Below are positions 9,391 to 18,896 of a stretch of 64,000 bases of DNA, in pieces; within the stretch, counting starts at the first letter, position 1, and each line of letters begins with the position of its first letter. The stretch is from Streptomyces sp. enrichment culture (GTDB lineage Bacteria > Actinomycetota > Actinomycetes > Streptomycetales > Streptomycetaceae). Where the stretch lies: assembly GCF_964273255.1 (NCBI RefSeq), contig NZ_OZ186835.1, positions 1,555,413-1,619,412 on the forward strand, in the 5' to 3' direction. Position numbers and translations under genes: made by a program. Below the pieces are notes generated by a model, which was not told the origin of the DNA, ran no database searches, and saw nothing but the letters and a program-made list of their open reading frames with translations.

Positions 9391-11127
9391 CTACTGCGCC
9401 GCGCCGGTGGCGGGCGCCGTGGTGAACGGCAGCACCAGCCGGGACGGGTGGGCGGCGTCCCGGTAGATCTTGTGCGTGACCGGGCGGCCCACCGGCAGGT
9501 GGAAGGCGTCCGGCGGCAGCAGCGCGTTGTGCGCGTCCGCGAGCGGCTCGTTGTTGGACAGCTCCACCACCAGCCGGTGTCCCGGCAGGAAGGTCGCCGC
9601 GAACGGGTACAGCCGCAGCACGTACTCCTGGACCGTCCCCGGCTCCACCGGCACCGCGCGGGTGTGCGGATGGTACGGGTTGCCCTCGGTGGTGCGCTCC
9701 TCGTCGAGTTCGCGGTGCGACGCCTTGAGGTAGCCGCTGGTGATCAGCTGCCGCTTGCCGCCGGGGGCCTCGTCCCACAGGCGCAGGATGAAGTTGGTGT
9801 CGTCCTGGTCGATCTCCGCGAACAGGTGCGCCGCACCGGTGCCGATCAGCTCGGTGGGCTTCTCGAACGGCTCGGTGCGCCAGTCGAGGATCTCCACCCG
9901 GTCGGTGACGGTCAGCGGCGCCTGGTAGAAGCCGTCGGGGGCGGCGTGCTCGGCACCCATCGCCTCCGGTTCGAAGGACAGCTTGCGCCGGGGCCGCAGG
10001 TACAGGGACCTGTACTCGGTCTCCTTCGGCGGCCACTGCCCGGCGGTGACGACCTCGCGCGAGCCCTCCACGAAGACCTGCACGGCCGGCTCGTCCATGA
10101 TCCCGTTGTCGACGCCCTTGAGCCAGTACTCGTACCAGCGGAACATCTTGTCGTGCTCCTCGATCCAGGGGCGCGACTGCATCGGGGGGTAGGAACCGAT
10201 GTCCAGCTTCTTGGGGCCCTTGAGGACGTCGAACAGCTCGATGTGGCCGTCGACGGTCCAGCCGCGGCCCTGGTCGATCTGGAGGTAGACCGGGATGTCG
10301 ATGTTCCGGGCCAGGTTGACCGGGTTGCGCTCCTCGTACCAGTCGCCGTCGAGCGGGTTCATCACGATGTCGAACCAGAACTCACGGTTCTTGGGGTACT
10401 TGAGGACGTGCACCAGGTTGGGCCAGGCCGCCACGTCCGGGTCGCGCAGCCGCTCGTCGACCAGCTTCCTCAGCTCCTCGGGCGAGTACACCTCCTGCAT
10501 GCGGGACCTGACGTTCGTGTGGGCGATGCCCGAGTCGCCGCCGCGTCCCTCACGGGCGGCACGCGGCATGAACCACATGACGCCGCCGTGGTACGTCGTC
10601 TCGTAGAAGTCGTAGTGGCCGCCGCTGACGAAGATCGCCTTGAGGTGCGGCGGGCGTTCGGCGGCGGCGAGCACCTGCATGGAGCCGAAGTAGGAGATGC
10701 CGATCATGCCGACGTTGCCGTCGCACCACGGCTGCGCGGCGACCCACTCGACGACGTCGTACAGGTCCTGCCCCTGGGAGACCCCGCCGAAGTTGTAGTT
10801 GCCGATCATGACGCCGCCGGAGTCGCCGGTGCCGCGCATGTCGCCGATGACGTGGACGTACCCCTCCTTCACCACGCGGGCGATGTCCCCCGCCTCGATG
10901 CAGCCGTCCCACATGGGGCTGGGCCGCAGCTGCGGGGGCGTGGTCAGGGCGAGGGCCTGGAGCTCCTTGCCGTAGGCGCTCATCGCGATCAGGGCCGGGC
11001 GGGGGGTGTCGTCCTGACCGTGGTAGGCGTCGACGGCGAGCTCGACGCCGTCGCGCATCGGGACCCGGAGGTCCTTGCGGACGGCGATGGTCTGCTCGCC
11101 CGCCCGGATGGTCTGGAGGTCGGTCAT
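9391..11127 (-). CDS. CocE/NonD family serine hydrolase
   Basis: VPMRDGVELAVD, DMRGTGDSGG, WCDGNVGMIGISYFG (GxSYxG nucleophile), C-terminal jelly-roll. AGGAG RBS before ATG 11127; alternative GTG at 11148. Confidence 0.9.
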   Translation of the reverse strand: MTDLQTIRAGEQTIAVRKDLRVPMRDGVELAVDAYHGQDDTPRPALIAMSAYGKELQALALTTPPQLRPSPMWDGCIEAGDIARVVKEGYVHVIGDMRGTGDSGGVMIGNYNFGGVSQGQDLYDVVEWVAAQPWCDGNVGMIGISYFGSMQVLAAAERPPHLKAIFVSGGHYDFYETTYHGGVMWFMPRAAREGRGGDSGIAHTNVRSRMQEVYSPEELRKLVDERLRDPDVAAWPNLVHVLKYPKNREFWFDIVMNPLDGDWYEERNPVNLARNIDIPVYLQIDQGRGWTVDGHIELFDVLKGPKKLDIGSYPPMQSRPWIEEHDKMFRWYEYWLKGVDNGIMDEPAVQVFVEGSREVVTAGQWPPKETEYRSLYLRPRRKLSFEPEAMGAEHAAPDGFYQAPLTVTDRVEILDWRTEPFEKPTELIGTGAAHLFAEIDQDDTNFILRLWDEAPGGKRQLITSGYLKASHRELDEERTTEGNPYHPHTRAVPVEPGTVQEYVLRLYPFAATFLPGHRLVVELSNNEPLADAHNALLPPDAFHLPVGRPVTHKIYRDAAHPSRLVLPFTTAPATGAAQ

Positions 11128-11144
11128 GACGTGGTGCTCCTGTG

Positions 11145-12086
11145 TCACGGGGTGCGGTCGAAGTGCGTGCGGTAGCCGGCCAGCGTGGTGAAGAACGGCG
11201 ACGGTTCGAGGGTGGGGTCACCGGTGTAGCCGAGTTCCTCGGCGACAGGCCCGAACGGCGAGTACGGCGAGTCCGTCTCCCTGAGGCCGGCCCGCAGGCA
11301 GTCGCAGGCCGCCCGGGCGACCCGGCTCTCGATGTCGAGGCTCTGGGTGAGGGCCTGGCGGGCCTCGTCCTCGTCGAGTTCCACTCCGTAGGGCGTGCCG
11401 TCGGCACGGCGGTAGGGGTGCCCGAGGTAGAGGTGCCGCGGGCGGACGGTGTCGCGCAGGTGCTCCAGGCCGGCGCGGTAGGCCCCCGGGTCGGTGTAGC
11501 CGGGGAAGCCGTTGGCCGCGCCGTGCACCTGGACGGCGTCCCCGGTGAACGCGGCCCGCTGCCCGTCGAGGACGTAGGCGACGGAGCCGGGCGTGTGCCC
11601 GGGGACCGCGTGCACGGACACGGTCACCCCGCCGCCGAGGGACAGGGTCTCACCGCCCCGGACCAGCAGGGTGGGCTCCGTCTCGCCGGAGATGACGGCG
11701 TCGGCCGCGGCCGCCACCTTCGCCTCGCCCTCCGGGTCGCGCAGATAGCGGCCGCGCCCGGCGGCGTACTCCGCCACATGGGCCCGGCGCGAGCGGAGGA
11801 AGGGCGCGTCGGCCTCGTGGATCACCACCTGGGCGCGCCGGCCGGTCATCTCCCAGAGGGCGAACGCCCCGCCGACGTGGTCGATGTGACCGTGCGTCAG
11901 CAGGATCCAGCGCACGTCCTCGATGCGCCGCCCGATCGCCTCCAGCGCGGGCGCCATCCCCTCGGCGGGGGACGAGGCGATACCGGTGTCGACGATCGCG
12001 GGCTGGGGCGCGTCGATGTAGAAGCTGTAGAGCCCGAACCGGCCCCATGGCGAGACCAGGGGGTGGACGGGGACTGCTCGCGTCAT
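11145..12086 (-). CDS. Metallo-beta-lactamase fold hydrolase
   Basis: THGHIDHVGG, PGHTPGS, TGDAV, LYLGH. Confidence 0.9.
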   Translation of the reverse strand: MTRAVPVHPLVSPWGRFGLYSFYIDAPQPAIVDTGIASSPAEGMAPALEAIGRRIEDVRWILLTHGHIDHVGGAFALWEMTGRRAQVVIHEADAPFLRSRRAHVAEYAAGRGRYLRDPEGEAKVAAAADAVISGETEPTLLVRGGETLSLGGGVTVSVHAVPGHTPGSVAYVLDGQRAAFTGDAVQVHGAANGFPGYTDPGAYRAGLEHLRDTVRPRHLYLGHPYRRADGTPYGVELDEDEARQALTQSLDIESRVARAACDCLRAGLRETDSPYSPFGPVAEELGYTGDPTLEPSPFFTTLAGYRTHFDRTP

Positions 12087-12119
12087 GCTGCTTCCGCTCC
12101 GCTCGTTCCGGGTGGCCGG

Positions 12120-13043
12120 TCAGGACCGGCCGAGGAAGTCCCGCGTCTCCGCGAAGACCCGGTGGTACTCGGGGATCCAGGAGAAGTGCTGGACGAAGCC
12201 GTGGCCGGCGCCCGGGTAGCGGCTCACCGTGGCCTCCACCCCGGCTTCGCGCAGCCGCTGCCCGTACAGCTCGCCCTCGTCGCGCATCGGGTCGAACTCG
12301 GCGGTGACCACGAGGGCCTTCGGCAGACCGGTGAGGTCCTGCCGCTTGACCGGTGAGACCAGCGGGTCGGCGGGGTCGGCGCCGCTGTCCAGGTAGAAGG
12401 CGTTGAAGGGCTTCAGCCCCGCCGTCTCCAGGCCGTAGCCGACGGCGTTCTCCCGCAGCGAGGCGTAGCGGCCGGTGTCGAAGTCCAGGTCCAGGGAGGG
12501 GTAGTAGAGGATCTGGTGGGTGATCCGGTCGAAGCCCTCGTCGTGTGCGCGGGCCGCGACGGCGGCGGCGAAATTGCCGCCGGAGCTGTCGCCGGCGACG
12601 GCGAGGGTGGTGCCGTCCCAGCCCAGTTCGTCGCCCTGTCCGGCGACCCAGCGCACGACGGCGTGGCAGTCGTCGAGGCCGGCCGGGAAGGCGGCCTCGG
12701 GGGCCCGGCGGTAGTCCACGGAGACGACCTTGTGGCCGGTCTCGGCGGCCAGCGACCGCGCCACGTGGTCGTGGGTCTCCAGGCTGCCGAGGAAGAAGGC
12801 GCCGCCGTGGAAGTAGACGATCACGCCGTGGCGTTCCGCGGCGTCCGGGGTGTAGATCCGCACGGGCACGTCCCCGGCGGCGGTGCGGGCGGTGACGTCC
12901 TCGACGGCGTGCAGGGGCAGCCGCTCCTCGGACGGGGCGGCCTGCGCCTCCTCGGCGGCGCGCAGGGCGACGGGGTCGAGCGGGCCCTCGGGAGGGGCGG
13001 GCAGGCTCGCCAGGACCTTGGCGATCTCGGGGTGCAGAGGCAT
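12120..13043 (-). CDS. HSL-family alpha/beta hydrolase (esterase)
   Basis: HGGAF oxyanion motif, GDSSG nucleophile, EFDPMRDE, HGF. Confidence 0.9.
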   Translation of the reverse strand: MPLHPEIAKVLASLPAPPEGPLDPVALRAAEEAQAAPSEERLPLHAVEDVTARTAAGDVPVRIYTPDAAERHGVIVYFHGGAFFLGSLETHDHVARSLAAETGHKVVSVDYRRAPEAAFPAGLDDCHAVVRWVAGQGDELGWDGTTLAVAGDSSGGNFAAAVAARAHDEGFDRITHQILYYPSLDLDFDTGRYASLRENAVGYGLETAGLKPFNAFYLDSGADPADPLVSPVKRQDLTGLPKALVVTAEFDPMRDEGELYGQRLREAGVEATVSRYPGAGHGFVQHFSWIPEYHRVFAETRDFLGRS

Positions 13044-13046
13044 GGG

Positions 13047-14162
13047 TTACTCCTGGGCCGCGGCGGCCGCGGGCTTCTGTCCGGGGAAGACCTCGTCGAT
13101 CTCGTCCTCGCTCCATCCCTGGCGCGAGATGCTCTGGAGCTTGTCGGTCACCGGCTTGCGGGTGGCCTGGTAGAGGGCCAGCGCCTCCTTGACGGAGTCC
13201 GCCTCGCGCAGGGCGTCGGCGAGCGCGCCGCCGTCCTCGATGGCGGAGTTGGCGCCCTGGCCCTGGTGGTGCAGCATCGAGTGCGCCGCGTCGCCGAGCA
13301 GGACGACGGAGTCGGAGTGCCAGGTGTCGACGGGGTCGATGTCGTAGACGCCGCGGACGTTGACGGTGTCGAGGTCGAGCCCGCGGGTGATGGAGACCAG
13401 GCGCTCGTCGAAGCCCTCGACGGTCTTCAGCATGTCCTCCCGGGTCACCCGCGGGTTCCAGGTGGGGTCCGGGCACAGGGCGGTGATGTCGAAGGAGACC
13501 TGGCCCCGGTGGCGCAGCGGGAGCAGGTAGATCTTCGTGCCCTTGCCGATGTACATCCGCAGGTTGTCGTCGACGACCATGCCGTGGGCGTCGTCCACGG
13601 AGATGACCGCGCGGTAGGCGCGCTCGCCGGAGAAGACCGGGCCCTGGTCGCTGAACAGCCGGTCCCGCACGACCGACTTGATGCCGTCGGCGCCGACGAC
13701 CAGGTCGGCCTCGACGGTCCTGCCGTCGGCGAACGTCAGGACGGAGCGGTCGCCCTTGTCCTCGACGGCCTCCAGCTTGTGGCCGAGGTGCACCATGCCC
13801 TCGGGGAGCACGCCCAGCAGTGCCTCGATGAAGTCGCCGCGGTGGATCAGGTGGGTGTGGGTCTGCTCGCCGTCGGCGGGCCACGCCTCCTTCATGATCG
13901 GGTCACCGGTGGCGGTGAGGATCTCGAAGTACTCGCTCGGGGAGCTGACCTTCGCGATCGCGTCGAAGATGCCCCACTCGCGGAAGCGGTTCATGGTGGA
14001 CGGGCGCAGGCCGATGCCGGCGCCGACCTCCCGGATGCGGGTGGCCTGTTCGTAGACGTCGACCCGGGCGCCGAGCAGGCTCAGCGCTTTGGCGGCCGCC
14101 GCGCCGCCGTAGCCGGCTCCGACGACGGCGATCTTCAGGTTCTTGAGGTCCGAGAGCTGCAT
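13047..14162 (-). CDS. Group A flavoprotein monooxygenase (salicylate hydroxylase-like)
   Basis: Starts MQLSDLKN. GAGYGG, GADGIKS, GDAAHSMLHHQGQGANSAIEDG. Confidence 0.85.
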   Translation of the reverse strand: MQLSDLKNLKIAVVGAGYGGAAAAKALSLLGARVDVYEQATRIREVGAGIGLRPSTMNRFREWGIFDAIAKVSSPSEYFEILTATGDPIMKEAWPADGEQTHTHLIHRGDFIEALLGVLPEGMVHLGHKLEAVEDKGDRSVLTFADGRTVEADLVVGADGIKSVVRDRLFSDQGPVFSGERAYRAVISVDDAHGMVVDDNLRMYIGKGTKIYLLPLRHRGQVSFDITALCPDPTWNPRVTREDMLKTVEGFDERLVSITRGLDLDTVNVRGVYDIDPVDTWHSDSVVLLGDAAHSMLHHQGQGANSAIEDGGALADALREADSVKEALALYQATRKPVTDKLQSISRQGWSEDEIDEVFPGQKPAAAAAQE

Positions 14163-14173
14163 GGTGGTTCTCT

Positions 14174-15139
14174 CTACTTCTGGAGGGTGAGGAAGGCGGC
14201 CGGGTTGTGGACGAAGATCGTCTCGATGGCGGCCTCGTCGAGACCGGCGGCACGGAGGTCCGGAATGAGGTCCTCGAAGATGTAGTTGACGGTGTGGCCC
14301 TTGACGCCGGGCCAGCCCAGCGGGCTGCAGTTGGCGTCGGCGGAGGCGAGGACCTGCCCGATCCTGCGGCCGCCGTCGATGAACCGCAGGAAGTGGTCGA
14401 GGCGCTCCTTGCGGGGGCGGGCCCAGAAGGGCGGGTCCGGGAGTTCGGTCTCGTAGCCGAAGGTGTCGAAGCCGATGCGTCCGCCCTGCTCGGCGATCCA
14501 CACGTCGCGGGTCCTGTCGGCGTTGACCCCGTCGTCGACGTGTCCGAACAGGACGCGGTCCAGGGGGAGTCCTTCCTCGCGGAAGATGGAGATCGCATTC
14601 TCGGCGTCGATCGCCAGGTGGGTGAGGATGGGCACGCCCGTGGTGAGCGCGGCGCGGGCGGCGGCCCGGTAGATGCGCTTGTCGAGGTCGGTCATGCGAC
14701 CGCCGCGGCTGACTCCGACCTTGATGACGCCGGCGAGGCTGCCGGTGTCGCCGATGCCGACGGTGATCTCGTGGACGAACTGCCGCATCAGGTAGTCCAC
14801 GTCGGCGCGGGCGAAGTGCGGCAGCGCGGTGTCGCCGCCGACGAAGCCGGTGCAGGCGACGATGTGGACGCCGGTCTTGGCGGACAGCGACTTGTAGTAG
14901 TCGACGTCACGGCCGTTGCAGATCCCGGTGGCGTCGACGAAGGTGCCGCCGCCGTACTCGTGGAACGCGCGCAGCTTGGGGACGGTCTCCTCGTACCGCT
15001 GCTCGGGGGTCTTCCACCACGTCGTGTCCAGCTCGGAGCCGGGCATCCCGTAGCCGATGTGCTCGTGGACGGCCACGAGCCCCAGTTCCTCGGCCGGGAC
15101 CGCCCCCAGGACGGTGTTCACTCTCGACACAGCACTCAC
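14174..15139 (-). CDS. Phosphotriesterase-like amidohydrolase (metal ligands intact)
   Basis: VNTVLG, HEH, GVIKVG (carbamylated Lys position), ILTH, FGHVD, ASAD. Confidence 0.88.
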   Translation of the reverse strand: MSAVSRVNTVLGAVPAEELGLVAVHEHIGYGMPGSELDTTWWKTPEQRYEETVPKLRAFHEYGGGTFVDATGICNGRDVDYYKSLSAKTGVHIVACTGFVGGDTALPHFARADVDYLMRQFVHEITVGIGDTGSLAGVIKVGVSRGGRMTDLDKRIYRAAARAALTTGVPILTHLAIDAENAISIFREEGLPLDRVLFGHVDDGVNADRTRDVWIAEQGGRIGFDTFGYETELPDPPFWARPRKERLDHFLRFIDGGRRIGQVLASADANCSPLGWPGVKGHTVNYIFEDLIPDLRAAGLDEAAIETIFVHNPAAFLTLQK

Positions 15140-15185
15140 CTTTGAATGAAGAAGCCTGAAGCCTGACGGTCGTTCGGGCGGACGC

Positions 15186-16169
15186 TCAGCGCGCCGGTCG
15201 CACCGACAGCAGTGCGCGCGGGTTCGTCTCGAGGATCCGCCGCGTGTCCTCGTCGCCGAGTCCGCGCGCCTTCAGGAGCGGGACGAAGACGGTGAGAACG
15301 TGGCTGTAGGGCAGGTCGTTGCCGGTGTGGCCCTTGGCGACGCCGGTGGCGCCGGTGGACAGCAGGACGCGGTCGGCGAACCCGGCCGCCACCAGCTCGG
15401 CGACCAGGGCGGCGCGTTCGGCGTCGGTGAGGTGGTCCTCGTCCTCGGTGCCGACGTGGTCAAGGGCGACGCGGGCACCCCGGCGGGCGACCTCCAGGGG
15501 GGCGCCGGCGGCGGCGAGGTCCCGGCGGTCGAGTCCGCCGACGACGACCCGGTCGGCGGGCAGCTTCTCGTCGAGGACGACGTCGAGGTCGTGCAGGGCG
15601 TCGGCGCCGGGGCGGACGGAGACGGCGACGCCGGTGGCGAGTCCGGCGCGGGCGGCGCCGCGGAACAGGCTCTCGTCGGTGGCCGTCATGCCCTCCCGGG
15701 TGGCGGCGGTGGCCACCAGTCCGGCGGCGCCACGCCGCTCCACCCGGGGGACGACCATGCCCTCGGTGACCTCCCGGGCGAACAGATCGGCGAACTTCTC
15801 GGCCGGCCACGGCGTCGGCGGGTTGGTCTGCGGGGTCAGGAAGTAGCCGCCGAGGAGTTCCTCCGGGCCCTGGCCGGTGGAGGCGACGATGTGCACGCCG
15901 GTCGCGCGGGACAGGGTCTCGTACAGCCGTACGTCCCGGCCGTGGAACATGCCGGTGCTGTCGACGAGGGTGCCGCCGCCGTGGGCGCGGAAGTCCTTCA
16001 GCTTCGCGGCGAGGAGCTCGTAGATCTCGGCGCGGTCGAGGGTGACGTCGAAGGCGTGCTCCGCGCCGGGCACCACGGACAGCAGCGCCTCGTGGATCGC
16101 GACGACGCCCAGTTCCTCGGCCGGCACCGGGCCCAGGACGGTGTTGACGGTGGTGCTCTCGACGCTCAT
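15186..16169 (-). CDS. Phosphotriesterase-like paralog lacking most metal ligands
   Basis: Same fold motifs (TVNTVLGPVPAEELG, GRDV, NPRALL), but HEH->HEA, Lys absent, TH->VR, GH->GG, SAD->STG. Confidence 0.8.
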   Translation of the reverse strand: MSVESTTVNTVLGPVPAEELGVVAIHEALLSVVPGAEHAFDVTLDRAEIYELLAAKLKDFRAHGGGTLVDSTGMFHGRDVRLYETLSRATGVHIVASTGQGPEELLGGYFLTPQTNPPTPWPAEKFADLFAREVTEGMVVPRVERRGAAGLVATAATREGMTATDESLFRGAARAGLATGVAVSVRPGADALHDLDVVLDEKLPADRVVVGGLDRRDLAAAGAPLEVARRGARVALDHVGTEDEDHLTDAERAALVAELVAAGFADRVLLSTGATGVAKGHTGNDLPYSHVLTVFVPLLKARGLGDEDTRRILETNPRALLSVRPAR

Positions 16170-16249
16170 GGCTGCCTCACGTGTCCGGGGTGGGGTGCGC
16201 GGCACCCGGTGGGTGCGGTCACCGTAGCCATTCGGTTTACACGGCGTCA

Positions 16250-16264
16250 ATGAAATGAACGCAT
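16250..16264. promoter_or_regulatory. LysR-type T-N11-A box ATGA-N7-GCAT
   Basis: In the AT-rich divergent promoter between the PTE operon and the P450. Confidence 0.45.
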
Positions 16265-16312
16265 AGAAAAAATATTGCACACTTCCCTGATCCGGGCTCG
16301 TGACCAGCGATC

Positions 16313-16327
16313 ATGCGTCGCATGCAT
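16313..16327. promoter_or_regulatory. LysR-type box ATGC-N7-GCAT
   Basis: Perfect interrupted dyad ATGCGTCGCATGCAT about 60 nt upstream of the P450 start; a NodD/NahR-like LysR is encoded at the end of the operon. Confidence 0.55.
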
Positions 16328-16385
16328 GTCGGATCATGCAGAACATTCACTTGCCGAATGGGTGCGGGCTCCCTTCACTGAGGGC

Positions 16386-17558
16386 ATGAGCACCCCACCC
16401 ACTTCGGACCTCGACCTCTTCGCCGACGAGGTCCTCCTCGACCCGTACCCCGCCTACGCCGCGCTGCGGGACCTCGGCTCCGTCGTCCACCTGCCGGAGA
16501 ACGACGTCTACGCGCTGACGCGCTACGACGCGATCCGGGGCGCCCTGGCGGACTGGGAGTCCTTCTCCTCCACGTCGATCGGATTCAATCCGGCGGTCAA
16601 CGAGGCACTCACCGGAACCTCGCTCGCCTCCGACCCGCCGGTGCACACCCAGCTGCGCGCCACCCTCACCGAGAACCTGTCGCCCCGCGCGCTGCGCGGT
16701 CTGAAGGGGCAGATCGAGGCCAAGGCGGACGCCCTGGTGGCCGCCCTCGTCGAGCAGGGCTCCTTCGAGGCGATCGACGCGCTCGCCCGGGCGTTCCCCC
16801 TGGAGGTCGTCGCGGACCTGATCGGCTTCACCGGCGAGGCGCGCGACAACATGCTGCGCTGGGGCCAGGCCGCCATGCAGGTCATCGGCCCGATGAACCA
16901 GCGCACCGCCGAGAACTTCCCGATCGCCGGCGAGCTGTACGCCTGGTGCTCCCAGGTCAGGGCCGCCGACCTGGCCGAGGGCTCCGTGGGCCGCGGCATC
17001 TTCCACGCCGAGGCCCGGGGCGACATCCCCGCGGGCACCGCCGGACACATCATCCACCAGTACCTCGGGGCGGGCGTCGACACCACGATGGCCTCGATCG
17101 GCAACATCGTCGCCCTGTTCGGGAAGCACCCCGACCAGCTCGCGCTGATCCGCGAGGACCCCTCGCTGGTGCCGAGCGCGTTCAGCGAGGTGCTGCGCTA
17201 CTGGGCCCCGATCCACGCCTGGGGACGCCGCGTCACCCGGGACGTCACCGTCGACGGCACCCTCATCCCCGAAGGGGCCCAGGTCGCCGTCCTGTTCGGC
17301 GCCGGCAACCGCGACCCCCGGCACTACGAGAACGCGGACGCCTTTCTCGTCGAGCGCAACCCGATCGACCACCTGTCCTTCGGGTACGGGCCGCACGGCT
17401 GCGCCGGCCAGGGGCTCGCCCGCCTGGAGGCGCACGCCGTCATCGACGCGCTGTCCCGTCGCGTGGAGCGCCTCGTCCTGGGCCCGGAGGACCGCGTCCC
17501 CAGCAACATCACCCGCAGCATCGAGAAACTCCCCGTCCTGGAGGTGGTCCCGGCATGA
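16386..17558 (+). CDS. Cytochrome P450
   Basis: I-helix AGVDTT, EVLR (ExxR), heme motif FGYGPHGCAG. Confidence 0.95.
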   Translation: MSTPPTSDLDLFADEVLLDPYPAYAALRDLGSVVHLPENDVYALTRYDAIRGALADWESFSSTSIGFNPAVNEALTGTSLASDPPVHTQLRATLTENLSPRALRGLKGQIEAKADALVAALVEQGSFEAIDALARAFPLEVVADLIGFTGEARDNMLRWGQAAMQVIGPMNQRTAENFPIAGELYAWCSQVRAADLAEGSVGRGIFHAEARGDIPAGTAGHIIHQYLGAGVDTTMASIGNIVALFGKHPDQLALIREDPSLVPSAFSEVLRYWAPIHAWGRRVTRDVTVDGTLIPEGAQVAVLFGAGNRDPRHYENADAFLVERNPIDHLSFGYGPHGCAGQGLARLEAHAVIDALSRRVERLVLGPEDRVPSNITRSIEKLPVLEVVPA

Positions 17559-17743
17559 ACATCGTTCTCGACCGCGCCCGTTGCGAGGGGCACGGCCTGT
17601 GCGAGGAGGCCGCCCCGCAGCTCATGCACCTGGACGACGACGGCGAACTCGTCCTGGACCGCCAGCCGGCGGACACCGCGGACGCCGCCGCGGCGAACGC
17701 CGCCGTCCGGGTGTGCCCGGTCGCCGCGCTGAGGCTGGCATGA
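17555..17743 (+). CDS. [3Fe-4S]-type ferredoxin
   Basis: 62 aa; CEGHGLC...CPV; ATGA overlaps at both ends. Confidence 0.9.
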   Translation: MNIVLDRARCEGHGLCEEAAPQLMHLDDDGELVLDRQPADTADAAAANAAVRVCPVAALRLA

Positions 17744-18885
17744 GCACCGCCACCCTGCGGCGCGTGGTGGTGGTCGGCAACGGCATCGCCGGGCTCACCG
17801 CGGCCGACACCCTGCGCGAGAGCGGCTTCGACGGCGAGCTGACGATCATCGGCGACGAGCCGCACCCGGCGTACAGCCGCCCGGCCCTGTCGAAGGCGCT
17901 CCTGCTCGACGGTGAGGACCTGACCGCGCACGAGCTGCCGCCGGCCGCCCACGGAGCCACCGAGCTGCTGGGCGTCCGGGCGACCGGGCTCGACCCGGAC
18001 CGCCGCCGCGTCCGCCTCGACGACGGAACCGACCTGCCCTACGACGGGATCGTCCTGGCCACCGGCTCCCGGGCCCGGCGGCTGTCCGCGCTGGACGGGG
18101 AGATCACCCTGCGCGGGCTCGACGACGCGCTGACGCTGCGCGGCCGGCTGGCCGGCCGCCCGTCGGTCGTCGTGGTCGGCGGCGGTCCGCTCGGCATGGA
18201 GATCGCCTCGGGCTGCCTCGCCACGGGGTGCGAGGTCACCGTCGTCTCCCAGGGGCTGCCGCTGACCGTGCAGCTCGGCCCATACCTGGCCGGCGTCTTC
18301 GTGACGGCGGCGCGGGAACAGGGGCTCACGGTCGTCGACACCGCTTCGGCCCGCCTGGAGGGGCGGGGGGAGGACAACCCGCGGGTGGTCCTCGCGGAGG
18401 GCACGGTGCTGGAGGCGGACCTCGTGGTGTCCGCCGTCGGCGACGTACCCAACACGGAGTGGCTGGACGGCACGGGACTCGTGAAGCGGGGCGTCGTCCC
18501 GGTGGACGCGCGCGGGCTGGCCCGGCCGGACATCGCCGCCGCCGGTGACCTCGTGGGCCTGCCCACCCCGTCCGGTCCGCGCCGCATCCCGCTGTGGAGC
18601 AGCGCGATCGAGCAGGCGAAGTGCGCCGCAAGGGCCCTGGTGCAGGGCGCGGACGCGCCTGCGCTGGCGTTCCAGCCCTACTTCTGGACCGAGCAGTTCG
18701 GGCTGAACCTCAAGGCCGTCGGCCCGCTGCCGCCGACCGGGGACCCCGTCCTCGTGGACGGCGAGCCCGGGACCGGCCGGGCGCTCATGCGCTGGCAGCA
18801 CGCCGACGGCATCGGCCTCGCCGCGGCGCTCAACTACCGGATCCCGATCCCGCGGCTGCGCCGGCTGAGCGAGTCCGCCGCGTAG
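17740..18885 (+). CDS. Ferredoxin reductase (FAD/NADH)
   Basis: VVVGNGIAG, YSRPALSK, ATGSRAR, VVGGGPLG, AAGD, PYFWTEQFG. Confidence 0.9.
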   Translation: MSTATLRRVVVVGNGIAGLTAADTLRESGFDGELTIIGDEPHPAYSRPALSKALLLDGEDLTAHELPPAAHGATELLGVRATGLDPDRRRVRLDDGTDLPYDGIVLATGSRARRLSALDGEITLRGLDDALTLRGRLAGRPSVVVVGGGPLGMEIASGCLATGCEVTVVSQGLPLTVQLGPYLAGVFVTAAREQGLTVVDTASARLEGRGEDNPRVVLAEGTVLEADLVVSAVGDVPNTEWLDGTGLVKRGVVPVDARGLARPDIAAAGDLVGLPTPSGPRRIPLWSSAIEQAKCAARALVQGADAPALAFQPYFWTEQFGLNLKAVGPLPPTGDPVLVDGEPGTGRALMRWQHADGIGLAAALNYRIPIPRLRRLSESAA

Positions 18886-18896
18886 CATTCCTGGCC

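Noticed and set aside
11145-12086. Beta-lactam resistance gene
   Set aside because: It has the generic MBL fold (HxHxDH) inside a catabolic operon, with no signal peptide; nothing indicates beta-lactamase activity.
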